Assembly: GCA_003614675.1 (NCBI GenBank)
Contig: ML002224.1
Coordinates: 54,864 to 74,863 of the forward strand
DNA: 20,000 nucleotides
Source: Dimargaris cristalligena
Lineage: Eukaryota
Reading direction: 5' to 3'
Every line of letters starts with the position of its first letter. Position 1 is the stretch's first letter. Shown piece after piece: positions 1-10,669 of the stretch. Under the pieces are notes generated by a model. That model was not told where the DNA came from and searched no databases. It was given only the letters and a program-made list of their open reading frames with translations. The position numbers and the translations under genes are program-made.

Positions 1-807
1 AAAATCTTGCTGAGCTGTCTATACTTGGTATTTAACATGCCCAGATATGTAGTCGTCATCCATACCCAATTTGCCCTTTTTAGGTGCAGCTAGTTGGAGG
101 TATTGGAAATGCCCTTGAATCAATTTGACTAACCATCGAGCCCTGTTAGTCTATTTCACGATTAGACGCCGCATTGCAGTCCTCACACGGGCCCCAAACT
201 CAATAGGTCTCTCTGTGTCACCTATAGCAGTCATTCGCTGCTTTATAGATTGGCCGACTCATTCAGCCTCCTCAGCCCAGGGTTACTCTAGTCTCGATCC
301 GTCCCCCCTGACTCAGTAATCATTGACGTTTATCGTCTATATATTTGATTGGCGGATGTGGTGGTCTTTACTCCACCGCCCTAAGTAAGGAGGTGGCATC
401 GACAGGTCGGTTATATTTACCCGATCCCTCGATGCTGTGCTAGGATGAATCACTGTGGACTCTCGATAGGCGGAATAAACCCCACCTGTACAACATCCTC
501 AGGTGATTCCTACACCGAGGCTTATAGGCTGGGGCGGGGTTTGATTACATTAGAAATGCTATATGTTGGATCGGGAGTCTACGTTCAGTACGGTTCAATT
601 GGGCAAGTTTCTCGGGTTGGATTGTATAAAAGGGGGGGTATGTTTCCCGCCATCCGGTTATTAAGCTAGGCAGTATCCGCTCATGCCATTTGGATATTTC
701 CAAATAGTTTTTTTGTTAGTTAATTATTAGCCTTGCTATTTTCCTCTGATTTACCGGTTCCGTTTTAGATCATAGAAATAACACTAATTAGGGTACATTA
801 TTACACG

Positions 808-3257
808 ATGGATCATCCACGTACCGCTTACCGTCCCCCACCGTATGGGCTTTCGGAAGAATACATAGCTAAGCACTTGAAAGACCTACCAGGTACCCAT
901 ACCACTGACCGGATTGAAACTTTGGGCGAGGAGCTCCAGAACAGCCACCAGGTTATTATGTGGTTCCGTACCGATTTCCGAGTCAGTGACAATACTGCCC
1001 TACACTACGCCATCGCCAACAGTCGCCATGCCAAGGGGCAGGTTATTGCCCTGTACGTCGTAAGCCCTGAGGAATGGCTGTTGCATGGGGTGGGTCCAAT
1101 CAAACTCGACTTCTGGTTCCGTAATTTAGAATGTCTCCACGAAGAGTTGGCCCTGCGGGACATACCCCTGGTGATTTTAACCGCCCGACGTGCCGCGGAC
1201 GTCCCCCATATTGTAACCTCGTTTTGCCGCCGGATGCACGCCCTGCACTTGTTTTTCAACATTGAGTATGAGGTCGACGAACTGGCGCGCGATCAACGTG
1301 CCATTGAGCTACTTAATTCGACAGGAGGAAGGCCAGCTGAAGCGTTACATGCCAATGGCTCCCCCCCTGCCTCTACCACTCCCACTGGGTCTCCGCCTAT
1401 CCACGTTCACCAGTTTCATGACCAGTGTATCGTGGAACCGGGAACGGTCCTGACCAACGAAGATAGGCCCTATAGCGTATATTCCCCCTTCCGACGCAAG
1501 TGGTACCAGGTGTTCGCGCAGAACCCGGATTTCCAACGCCTGCTGCCGGCCCCGGGAATTCCCTCACCCATGGACCGGACTCTGAATTTTCAGAAGCGTC
1601 ATCCGGCCCTGTTTCTTACTGCCAAACAATTCAGCTCGTACTGGGCGGAACTACGCGGTCTCCTCCCGGTAGATCTCCAGCTGGACCCCGAAGCCTCCCG
1701 CCAGGCCGGGCAACGCTACGGGGTGGGCGAAAAACACGCTCAGACTTTATTGGCCGATTTCACCCGCCTCGTACTTTCCCAGTATAAGGAGCGGCGGGAT
1801 TTCTTCGGTGATGACGCCGGTACCAGTCGTCTCTCCACCTATTTGGCGTCGGGGATCATTTCCCCCCGCCAGTGTCTCCATGCCGCCGTGGATCACAATG
1901 ATCAGCGCTTGGAGTGCGGCGACCCGGGCGCCGTTCACTGGATTCAGGAACTGATCTGGCGGGAGTTTTACCGGCATGTCCTGGTAGCTTTCCCCCGCGT
2001 ATGTAAGAATCGGGCATTTAACCCCCGTGGCGACGGGATTCAGTGGAACGATAATCCAGAAGGCTATAAGCGATGGTGTGAGGGCATGACAGGGTACCCC
2101 ATTGTTGATGCCGGTAAGTAAGCTAAATCAGTGTCTTTACTTTAATGTTTACACAATAATGAGTGGATACGTGAGAGATGGGAAGTAGTGAGTCGGCCCC
2201 TATAATTCATATGTGTTTCGATGGGGATGGCTAATTACGAATTTATATATATATATATATCGACTGCGATCAACTTCTGTAATTTATTGTAGGGATGCGC
2301 TATTTGAATGCCATCGGGTGGCTCCACAACCGCTTGAGGATGGTGGTGGCCATGTTCCTAACCAAGGACCTTCTGATCGACTGGCGTTTGGGTGAAAAAC
2401 ATTTCAATCGCTACTTGATCGACAGTGACTTTGCAAGCAACAACGGGGGTTGGCAATGGGTAAGTTGATTTTTTCACAATAGGCTTTATCAGATGACTGC
2501 TATGGCTTACCGCATTTCCAATTTAAAAATTCTATAGCACGACACTCCCACTAATTTCCGGATCTACTACTAATGCCGTCATGATTCTCCCTTTCACTCT
2601 ACCTATCCAAACACACACACAAACACTTCATACATTCCGTCTCTTTTCCGTCCTTCTACACGGGAGTTTGGCATTTCCCCCATGATTAAGTCGGGTTCCA
2701 CAGGAACGGATGCTCAGCCGTATTTCCGGGTATTTAACCCACTGCTCCAATCGGAAAAATTTGATCCATCTGGCCGGTTTATCGCTCAGTGGGTCCCCGA
2801 GCTGAAACCCCTTTACGATAAGGGCATTAAGCGGACGGCCGACAGCAAATCCAAACTTCCCATCCATGCACCCTACGAGCGATTAAGCACCACTGAGTTC
2901 AAATCCCTCGGGTAAGTGAATTTCGGTCCAGTAGAACTATTATTTTTGGTCATGTAATGTATACCAAAGGATGGGATGCAAGGGAATGGGGATGAAAACG
3001 CATCTTAGGATGATTCTTGACTTCATATATTTACAATTGATTTCCCCAAGACAGTAACATCTCTCCCCTTCGCCCCATGACATACTCTACCTGGGCGGTT
3101 CAGAGTTAACGAGAAAACCCTTATACATCTTCTAACCTGCCTTCTTAACATTACTTCCTATTTCTCTCCCAGATATCCGAAGCCGATCGTCGAACATCAT
3201 AAAGCTAAAGATATAGCCATTAAGGTGTTTGAAGCGGCGCTTAAGAAAAAGCCGTGA
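808..3257 (+). CDS. PHR1: Class I CPD DNA photolyase, probably MTHF-antenna type; 4 exons: 808-2113, 2293-2459, 2691-2911, 3173-3257 (592 aa)
   Basis: Motifs [41 protein letters not shown] and [11 protein letters not shown] lie in exon 1. Splicing at three GTAAGT donors (2114, 2460, 2912) restores [58 protein letters not shown] and GYPKPIVEH. Exons sum to 1779 nt, in frame, ending in TGA at 3255-3257. Trp-triad equivalents are present. Confidence 0.96.
2244..2260. repeat. (TA)n microsatellite in photolyase intron 1
   Basis: tatatatatatatatat read directly. Confidence 0.85.
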
Positions 3258-5104
3258 TGGTTGGATCTGAGGTATGGAATCCACCTGTATGTTATCGGAT
3301 TGCCTTTGTCTTGGCGAATGGTGGTCCATGATTTCTGTCCATCTTTTAAAAATCAATTTAGTCGTGGGATTGATAATAAAGATAGTCCAGTGATAACAGC
3401 TTATACCACCCCTTCCCTCCCCCCTGCAGAAAAAAATACTTCGCGTTTGCCAATAGTCATACGACTATAACCAACCCCTCTTTTTGGGCCACAGATTTCT
3501 GACTTAAATTTGAACAATCGGTTCCTCTGAATAATAAAACAGACTTGCTGTGCACTGTCCGGGGTTCCTGCTGTATAGGTGCGAAAAGGTAGCGGGTATT
3601 GGGTTAGACGTTGCTTATAATTTGTTACCTCAACGTATCCTCCCACATTTAATCTTTTACGATAGTCCTATAAACCCAAGTCTTACATTTCCTCTCTGAT
3701 ACAGTGTACATTCCAAGGGGTCTAATGTCATCTAACTCTATACTGTTATGGTATGAGTGGCGCACAGGGAACTGTATGGGCAGTCGGCTAGTCGAGTGGT
3801 GTCCATGTGGAACACAGTTAAATGATGGGCCAGTAAAAGCAATGTGGCCCTGGTCGTAGGACTACAGCTCCGTGCCAAACCAGCGGAGGGTGGTCAGCAA
3901 GACGTATTGATGCATTCGCCAACGGCACTTGCGAGTACAAGTAGCAGTCGTCCGTCAAGATATATAGGGGTGTTTGGTAGGATCTCTGTGGGGTCGAAAA
4001 GGAAGTGGATTTTACACCTTTTTCCGCTATTTTAAAATCTAGAGGTGGGAAAAGGGCAGGCAAAGGATTGCCCTCCACCAGGGGCAAACGGAGTGTGCTA
4101 ATGTTCTGATTCGCGGTTCCGTTTTGGATTACAAGGTCAAATAACCGAGCCACACCCGTTCTTACGCATTGGGATCGGGCTGGCAGACTGTGTTATCTGA
4201 TCCATAGGGCAGCCTAGTGATACTAGATCACCCATCCCCTTTCTAGGTTAGTATATATCGGCCGGTCCTGCGCCCTGCCGAAGCCCCAACCCCTTTGGGT
4301 CTTTCTCCCACTTTATTTGATCCTTGATAGTGGTATTTTCTAACATCGCAATCCTCACTTGGCATACCTGTGGTGGTTGCCTATTGCGGTTTATTATTTA
4401 GTGCTCCCTTCGTTTCTCGTTCGACGCCCTACCCTTTAAGGAAGGGACTAGGTCCATTATTGTTACCACTCCCCCCCCCCCGCATCGGTTTCCTATTTGG
4501 GCTTACTTCTGCGGTGTAAACGTGACCATACAGCGTATATCCATGACCTGCACGCACGCAGCACATAAATATCCTAGGAGACTCGCCCACAGCCCCCGAC
4601 CTCCTCCTACTGCTTCGTTGTACGGGCCATTCTCGGTTGCTCAAGTGGTGCTGTAATTTAGCTGTGGCCAATTGAGCACATGGGAGAAGTTCATCCAAGC
4701 TGTATAACGAAAAATCCATTAAATTCGGCCAATATTACTAGTTAAAAATACATTCCCCATGTATTTTCCCATACACGTATAATGCAAACCCTTATATAGC
4801 TGGGCCGAATTTCACCCACATATTCTAGGCTAAACTGCATTAGAGTTTGCCACCCATCCACTTCTAATATAAACATTAATCCCCGGTCTTTTTGTTCCTC
4901 GTGCGATACTTTGTAAAAGAACACATCCTGTATTGAGCCACTCGATATTGGTTATTTCATTTTGAATAGTTTATTTTCATTCTACTATTTGATACATTTC
5001 CTACTACTCCTTCTTATTTATATTTTACTGCCCGAATAGGTTTTTATATTTATATCTTATTTAATAACTTTACCGGCGCCTCTATCAGTGAAATCCCATA
5101 CATA

Positions 5105-6394
5105 ATGCACCATCAAAAGGTGCTCGACCGTATCCTTAATGGGCTCACCTGCCCACCCATCAGCCTACCTGAGTTCCGCTATTACCTTACGCACCACGAG
5201 TGTAGCTTAGAAAATCTCAATTTCCACGAGTGGTATCGGAACTACACTTGCGCCTATCAGGCGCTTCCCCAGCATCAACAGGCGCTGATCCCATTGCCCC
5301 GCAATGATGTCATTCCGACTATGTCTGCCACTATGGTTCCCGGCTCCATTCATGTAACGGAGCCTAAATCATCTGTCGGTGACGAGATACTACCACCACC
5401 ACCTTCCGGCAGCCTTCCCCCTCCCACTAACGATCTACCCTTGCGGCAACAATGCCAGGAAGCGCTCGACCGGTTCATCCACCACGGCGCCCCGGATGAA
5501 ATAAATATCACTCATCAAGTTCGCGTCGCCTTACTTGCCCAGGTCCACTATACGACCCACCCGGCGATATTCAATCCTGTTCTAGCCGAGGCCATGTCCC
5601 TGATGCGCAACTCCTCCCTCGACGGGTTTATGAAATGGGCCAGCCAGAACATCACCCCTCGTTCCCGGAAATGGCGCCTTCTGGGGGCCGCTCTGGTCGA
5701 TGTGCTGGCCGTGGTGGCATTGGTGGTCTTGATCTGCCTGGATCTGCCCCGGGTGTACCGGTGGGCGCTTTTCCCGCCTATTCTATGGACGATTGGGGTG
5801 TATTGTACGAACACCCACCACGTTTGTTTAGTCCATTTGATCAGTAAACGGCGTGAATTGAGTTTGCTGCAGCCGAGTCGGCTAAATGGGTTGACAATGG
5901 GGGGACCTGATACATCTCGGCCGGTGCTGAACGACCCCTACGATGGCCAACTTTCCTCGGTTTCCCATTCGGGTGACGACCAGAAGAGTGCAGTAGCCGG
6001 GGGGAAGCCATCCCAGTCCGCCCATTCGCTGTCTATCCCCATGCTACTGACCTCTCCACTCAAGGGCTCAACCCCTACGCTCCGGTCTCTTTCGGCATCG
6101 ATAATCGACCCCACAACCGGAACCGTTACTATGGATCAGGGTACTTCTATTTATACGAAGCAAAGTGCTTGTAAATCGGGAAGTATATGCCAATGGGAGG
6201 ACGTTTACCCTACCGGGAATTCGTTTGACTCGCCGCTATTCCAAACCACCGTGGTGCGAGGTGATCATTATTATCAGGTCCAAGAACCATCGGTGCTTCG
6301 GGCCCAGCGTATCATGGCCATCAAATACCTCGCTCAAACCTTGGTTATAACGGCGGCCGTTTGGGTCTTCATTATGTTTCTACCGTTTTCTTGA
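5105..6394 (+). CDS. RGS-domain membrane protein, Rax1/RgsB-like architecture (N-terminal RGS domain plus about 3 C-terminal TM helices), single exon, 429 aa
   Basis: LDRILNGLTCPPISLPEFRYYLTHHECSLENLNFHEWY and FIHHGAPDEINIT are typical fungal RGS motifs. Hydrophobic segments are LLGAALVDVLAVVALVVLICL, WALFPPILWTIGVYC and YLAQTLVITAAVWVFIMFLPF. Confidence 0.85.
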   Translation: MHHQKVLDRILNGLTCPPISLPEFRYYLTHHECSLENLNFHEWYRNYTCAYQALPQHQQALIPLPRNDVIPTMSATMVPGSIHVTEPKSSVGDEILPPPPSGSLPPPTNDLPLRQQCQEALDRFIHHGAPDEINITHQVRVALLAQVHYTTHPAIFNPVLAEAMSLMRNSSLDGFMKWASQNITPRSRKWRLLGAALVDVLAVVALVVLICLDLPRVYRWALFPPILWTIGVYCTNTHHVCLVHLISKRRELSLLQPSRLNGLTMGGPDTSRPVLNDPYDGQLSSVSHSGDDQKSAVAGGKPSQSAHSLSIPMLLTSPLKGSTPTLRSLSASIIDPTTGTVTMDQGTSIYTKQSACKSGSICQWEDVYPTGNSFDSPLFQTTVVRGDHYYQVQEPSVLRAQRIMAIKYLAQTLVITAAVWVFIMFLPFS

Positions 6395-6466
6395 TTAAAT
6401 AGGATCCCAAGTGAACTTTATCATTACTATGTTATCACAATTTAATATTTTTACATACACACGCAC

Positions 6467-6482
6467 ATATATATATATATAT
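6467..6482. repeat. (AT)8 tract between the convergent 3' ends of the RGS and lipid-kinase genes; possible 3'-end efficiency element
   Basis: atatatatatatatat in the AT-rich 208-bp gap between two convergent stop codons. The functional role is inferred. Confidence 0.6.
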
Positions 6483-6602
6483 TCTACAGCTACCATGGTC
6501 CTCATTTAATTTCCCCTGAATTGTACAGGGTACGTAACGATTACAATACATTTCATAAAGTACCGTAAATAACCATTGGCTCCCATTATTTCGCAGGGTT
6601 CA

Positions 6603-7898
6603 TTAGGATAGGGTCTGTAGACCCAGAGTAGCCGGAGTGACACGGGCTTCGACCACCCCCGGTTCATGGAAGCTCATAATCTCACCATCAATGCACACTG
6701 TATGACGAGCGTTAGGGTTAGGGGAATGCGATGCCTGGAGTGGTCGTTGGGAGGAAGGTTGCATGGTCAAGCCGCGCACCTTATAGTACTCGACGTAGGG
6801 GAGTTGCACATGGGTACCTCCCCCCACGGTGGCCCCCTGCAAAAAGGCCCACAGTTGGGCCCGGGTTAAACCGCGGCCCATGACAACGTCCAGATAGGGG
6901 TCGGCCGGGGTAGCCAAGGGGGCGATACAGAAGCCGGCGCTTAGGGTGGCCTGTTTGGCGGCCAGAAAAATGGTGAACGGGCCATCGAGCTCTAATGTGT
7001 CCTGTCCGCGGTTTAAACGGTCGGTGGCCTGGGCCAGTGGGGTGGCGTCATTATTCTCGAGAGAGCGGAACTCCCCTTCAAAGGGTGAAGGTAATGTCGG
7101 AGGATTCGGCTCAGCAGTCGAGGATGAGGATAGGGGCGGGGTGGTAGTAGCAGTAGGAGAGGGATAAAATCGACGGGCCCCTTCTAATCGGACGGTACCA
7201 TGATAATCCCGCAACGTCAGCAAATTCTTGAACCCGATGATACTGAACCGGCTAGGGCCCAACCAGCGTAACCACTCGGAGTCGGCGACATTGCTGCAGT
7301 GGAATCCCCAACTAAGCACACAAAAGCTCTGCCGGAGGGTGTCCGGGGGCGGTGGGGGTACTCGAGTGCCGTCGAGGCTAACCGCATCTGCCGGGACTTT
7401 GGTTTCGATTAAATGGAATGGCTGTAAGCAGGGGTGGGTCTGTATGGTAGGATTGGTATAGCGGTGTATCGCCTGATCAACATCTGTAAAGCCCAGACTG
7501 GCGGCTAAAGCGTTACCTGACCCCAAGGGGACCACGCCCAGCCACACGGGCCCTGAAGCCTCCCTTTGGGCTTGGTGTACTCCGTTCACCACTTCATGGA
7601 TGGTACCGTCCCCACCAAGGCATAGGATAAGCAGCGGGAAGGTAGTGTCGACCGGGTGAGAGCCAGAGCCACCCTGGCGGGTGGATAGGATCCAGTCATG
7701 GGCCAGTCGCTCGGCGTGGGCCTGGCCTTGGGTGGTTTCCACCAGGGCCGGGGTTTGACCGGGTCCGCCATTCGCGCCGTCGCCGTCGCCCGAGGAAGAC
7801 CAGAACTCGGTCAGTTGAGCCGTCCATGTTTCCACACGGGAACGGTCTTGTTGACCGGCCTTGGGGTTCACAATGATTAAAGTACGAAATGGCCGCAT
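6603..7898 (-). CDS. DAGK-catalytic-domain lipid kinase (sphingosine kinase/YegS-like family), about 431 aa
   Basis: Motifs IIVNPKAG, LGGDGTIHEVVNG, VPLGSGNALA, SWGF..ADSEWLRWLGPSRF, IAPLATPADPYLDVV and IDGE. First ATG is at 7898; the track start at 7907 is a TTG. Confidence 0.9.
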   Translation of the reverse strand: MRPFRTLIIVNPKAGQQDRSRVETWTAQLTEFWSSSGDGDGANGGPGQTPALVETTQGQAHAERLAHDWILSTRQGGSGSHPVDTTFPLLILCLGGDGTIHEVVNGVHQAQREASGPVWLGVVPLGSGNALAASLGFTDVDQAIHRYTNPTIQTHPCLQPFHLIETKVPADAVSLDGTRVPPPPPDTLRQSFCVLSWGFHCSNVADSEWLRWLGPSRFSIIGFKNLLTLRDYHGTVRLEGARRFYPSPTATTTPPLSSSSTAEPNPPTLPSPFEGEFRSLENNDATPLAQATDRLNRGQDTLELDGPFTIFLAAKQATLSAGFCIAPLATPADPYLDVVMGRGLTRAQLWAFLQGATVGGGTHVQLPYVEYYKVRGLTMQPSSQRPLQASHSPNPNARHTVCIDGEIMSFHEPGVVEARVTPATLGLQTLS

Positions 7899-8425
7899 GT
7901 TGGGCAACTATAAACAAACAATAATAAGAAATGAATATAGAGGCTAAAGACCGAGGGAGGGCAAAATAGGAAGAAACAATCTAATTATTATGCCAAATAA
8001 AAGGTGAAAGAGAAGGAGGAGGGCAGCAGATGATTTACAGAGTGTATCATGCTAAGGCGATCAATACTTATCATAGTCCAGAAGGGGATTATAGGCGCGG
8101 CGGACAGGTTATTTCGGAATGTAGGAATCCGATAAGCAGGATTGCTCCCTGGGTTTATTATGTCAGTATGGAGGCTTATCCGTGGCGCTATGTATATGAG
8201 GGTATCGTCAGCAACAGCACAATAGCCTTGGGTCGGTTCATTTCCTTGTGTTCCCTAATAATGGTGGTATTAGTCCCAGGCGGCAATCCTTCGTAATTGG
8301 ACCCCGATGGCGTCAGCCCCCCCTCTGTTTCTTTGGTTTGGTCCTGTGGGAGGGGTCCTAAATAGGTCTACGTTCTCACACAGCCAAGCTGGGGACCTGA
8401 TGATTAATTAGCCAGGTCACACCAC

Positions 8426-10270
8426 CTAGAACCAGAAACTGATGCTGAAACTCGTGCTTAGGGAGCGAACATAGTGCCACCAGTAGGGCTGATTACCAGG
8501 TACATTATGGCGGTTCAAACACAGGCTGGTATTAGTATACAAAGGCAGGGTTTTTGGCCTCGCTGGAGGGAAACAACCCCCATCGATTATTTTAATAATT
8601 TCTATCCAGTGGTTAGCGATATCTACAATTGCCCTTGTGTCACTTACCGGAATATACAATATTTGCCCGGGAACCAGAATGCATTCGTAGTAAGGGGTCG
8701 AGCGGAATTCGGGGAAACAGTCGTCGTCTATGTTATCCAAATCAACCTGGCTGGTGTTGGTCATGAGGCTATCCTCGGCGTTAAAAGGATATAACCGCCC
8801 TGACTGTGCGGGTGAATAGAGGCGGATATATTTGTAGCCTACCACTTGCGTTAGTAAATTATGGTACGGGTCATGGTGGAGCGGCGACACAGTACCCGCG
8901 GGGCCGAACCAGCTATTGAGCAGCGGTTCAGCAGGGGCGGGACATTCGGCTTCGTTACCATCATCATCCGGATCAGGTCCACAGTAGCAGTAATCAGGCA
9001 CGGCTATATCCTGACGTAGGACCGGTACTTGGGCCAATAGATCATGCTGGGCTAGGTAGCCAATGGCCGGTGGCGGGTCAGGCATATTTGGAAGTTGTCC
9101 TGCGGTCTCTCCGGAATCACCCTGGTCACTAGCGGCGGCGCCCGTGGTGCCTGGGCGAATTAGATATTGCTGTACAAACTCAGCCAGCGGCATGAGGCGC
9201 TGGGACCAGTGGGGGCTGGTATAATCAGGCCCTATTTCGACTGGAACGAGGCGGTCGGCACCAATAGTCCGAACAAGATAATTCAAATCCCCCCAGGGAC
9301 GGTCGGATAAAGCGGGCCAGTGATCCACTGCTCTGGTAATAATTCGGGGCGGGGTGGGTGATGATGATGATGCCGATGATGGGTGAGGCGCCGCCACCAA
9401 ATTAGGCTGGATGCCTAAATTGAGATCGTCGGTCGCGGCGGCGGTAACGGCGGGTCCTGCAATATACTCAGTGAAGGCTACTATGGAAGGGCATTCCCAT
9501 TCGGCGACTTTCTGGCCGAGTGGATCGGCTGAAAAAGGCCAGATTAGGGGCTCCTTAATATCCAAAACGGGATACCGGATTTTGGAAGTCGAGGGAATAA
9601 TGGAGGTAGGGGCGGCTGTTGGCTCTGAACGAGCTAAATAGTCCAAGGATCGACGAAGGAGCTCACCGCGACCCGAGGGACCTCCGGTTACAATAAGGGC
9701 CGTATCCAATACCGCTGTTAGTCGCGACCGGGTGGTACAGTCGATCTCTCGAAACTCGTACCCGGCAGTGGCTTCGTGCAGCTGATAGAGGGCCTTAAAG
9801 AGGCTAGCATCGCTGAACAAAAGCCGCCATTTTGCGTGGACCTGGTCGTAACGTACACTATATATTTGGCCTTGCGCATAGTCAAGGAGAGACTCGATGG
9901 TGACTGCCAAGGTGGTTGTAGTTGAGGGTACTGCCGCCCCTTGGCCAAAGCAAAAGGGGGCTAGGCTGGGCTTCTCAGCTTTACTACCGGGCAAGTCGTG
10001 GCTGGAACAACGGGCATTGACTTGAGCCGCCAACCCGCCTAAAGACATTCGGTAGAGGTAGAGAACATCAGACGGCCATTCCGGTGGCTCGAGATCAGCA
10101 GCCTGGTCCAGCCATGGCTTCTGCAATTGAGCGAGTGTCGTCGTAACAAGGTCAAGCAGGGGCATGGGGACGCGAGCCGAGGGAATGTGGTGGCTACCTG
10201 TTACTAAATTCAAATAAAGGAGAGCATACAAATGAAAGTAGTTTAAGAAGTGTAACGTCGAGTCTCTCAT
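8426..10270 (-). CDS. JMJD5: JMJD5/KDM8-like JmjC (cupin-8) 2-oxoglutarate oxygenase; one intron at 8647-8489; start may instead be the ATG at 10165
   Basis: HWPAL..W, RLVPVEIGPDYT..WSQRLM, GYLAQHDL..QVPVLRQDIAVPDY, NSWFGPAGTVSPLHHDPYHNLLTQVVGYKYIRLY, NTSQVD and, after splicing, YIPPYWWHYVRSLSTSFSISFWF. The HxD...H iron ligands are present. Confidence 0.92.
   Translation of the reverse strand: MRDSTLHFLNYFHLYALLYLNLVTGSHHIPSARVPMPLLDLVTTTLAQLQKPWLDQAADLEPPEWPSDVLYLYRMSLGGLAAQVNARCSSHDLPGSKAEKPSLAPFCFGQGAAVPSTTTTLAVTIESLLDYAQGQIYSVRYDQVHAKWRLLFSDASLFKALYQLHEATAGYEFREIDCTTRSRLTAVLDTALIVTGGPSGRGELLRRSLDYLARSEPTAAPTSIIPSTSKIRYPVLDIKEPLIWPFSADPLGQKVAEWECPSIVAFTEYIAGPAVTAAATDDLNLGIQPNLVAAPHPSSASSSSPTPPRIITRAVDHWPALSDRPWGDLNYLVRTIGADRLVPVEIGPDYTSPHWSQRLMPLAEFVQQYLIRPGTTGAAASDQGDSGETAGQLPNMPDPPPAIGYLAQHDLLAQVPVLRQDIAVPDYCYCGPDPDDDGNEAECPAPAEPLLNSWFGPAGTVSPLHHDPYHNLLTQVVGYKYIRLYSPAQSGRLYPFNAEDSLMTNTSQVDLDNIDDDCFPEFRSTPYYECILVPGQILYIPVSDTRAIVDIANHWIEIIKIIDGGCFPPARPKTLPLYTNTSLCLNRHNVPGNQPYWWHYVRSLSTSFSISFWF
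8489..8647 (-). other. 159-nt stop-free, in-frame (3n) intron in the JmjC gene
   Basis: GTAAGT donor at 8647, TACTAAT branch at about 8537-8531, TAATCAG acceptor ending at 8489. Removing it restores the conserved YIPPxWWH motif. Confidence 0.9.
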
Positions 10271-10669
10271 TGACTAGGCTAGGGCTGGTATTATTGTGCT
10301 TATGTGTTTCCACTAGCTATTTCGCAGCTAGTTCAAATTTTAAGTGTCTCTCTTTCATACCTTCAGCAATATTCTACCAAATCCGTGAAAATGATATAGG
10401 GGGCTGATACAGTAATTTGACTAGGGAGCTGGCAATCATCTGAATTTGCAAATGGTAGTATCATCGCTGGAACATGATATAGAATGCGATTTATTAGCAA
10501 GCTCAAATCTTTGACCAGGGTTCAATTGAATAGATCCATAGGCCATGGTCGCAAAACAATCATAAAGAGCATATAAAACAATACATGGTGTGTCATTCTT
10601 AACCGAAACATATATAGAGATAGACGAGAATGATGTCCTGACCCAACTCAGACATACACGCGGGCTAAT

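Noticed and set aside
3258-5104. 1.8-kb gap with several 60-111 aa ORFs
   Set aside because: No recognisable domains, RNA-gene fold or repeat. Probably promoter and 5' UTR of the RGS gene, though a small spliced gene cannot be excluded.
5130-5137. GTATCCTT, a U12-type 5' splice-site match
   Set aside because: It lies in conserved coding sequence (DRILNG) of an uninterrupted RGS ORF, so no intron is needed.
8783-8792. ATATCCTTTT on the minus strand, an AT-AC U12 donor match
   Set aside because: It encodes the conserved LYP of JMJD5, and the frame continues directly to NTSQVD.
808-10270. Photolyase plus JMJD5 as a light/circadian gene cluster
   Set aside because: The photolyase is a class I CPD repair enzyme, not a clock cryptochrome, and unrelated genes intervene.
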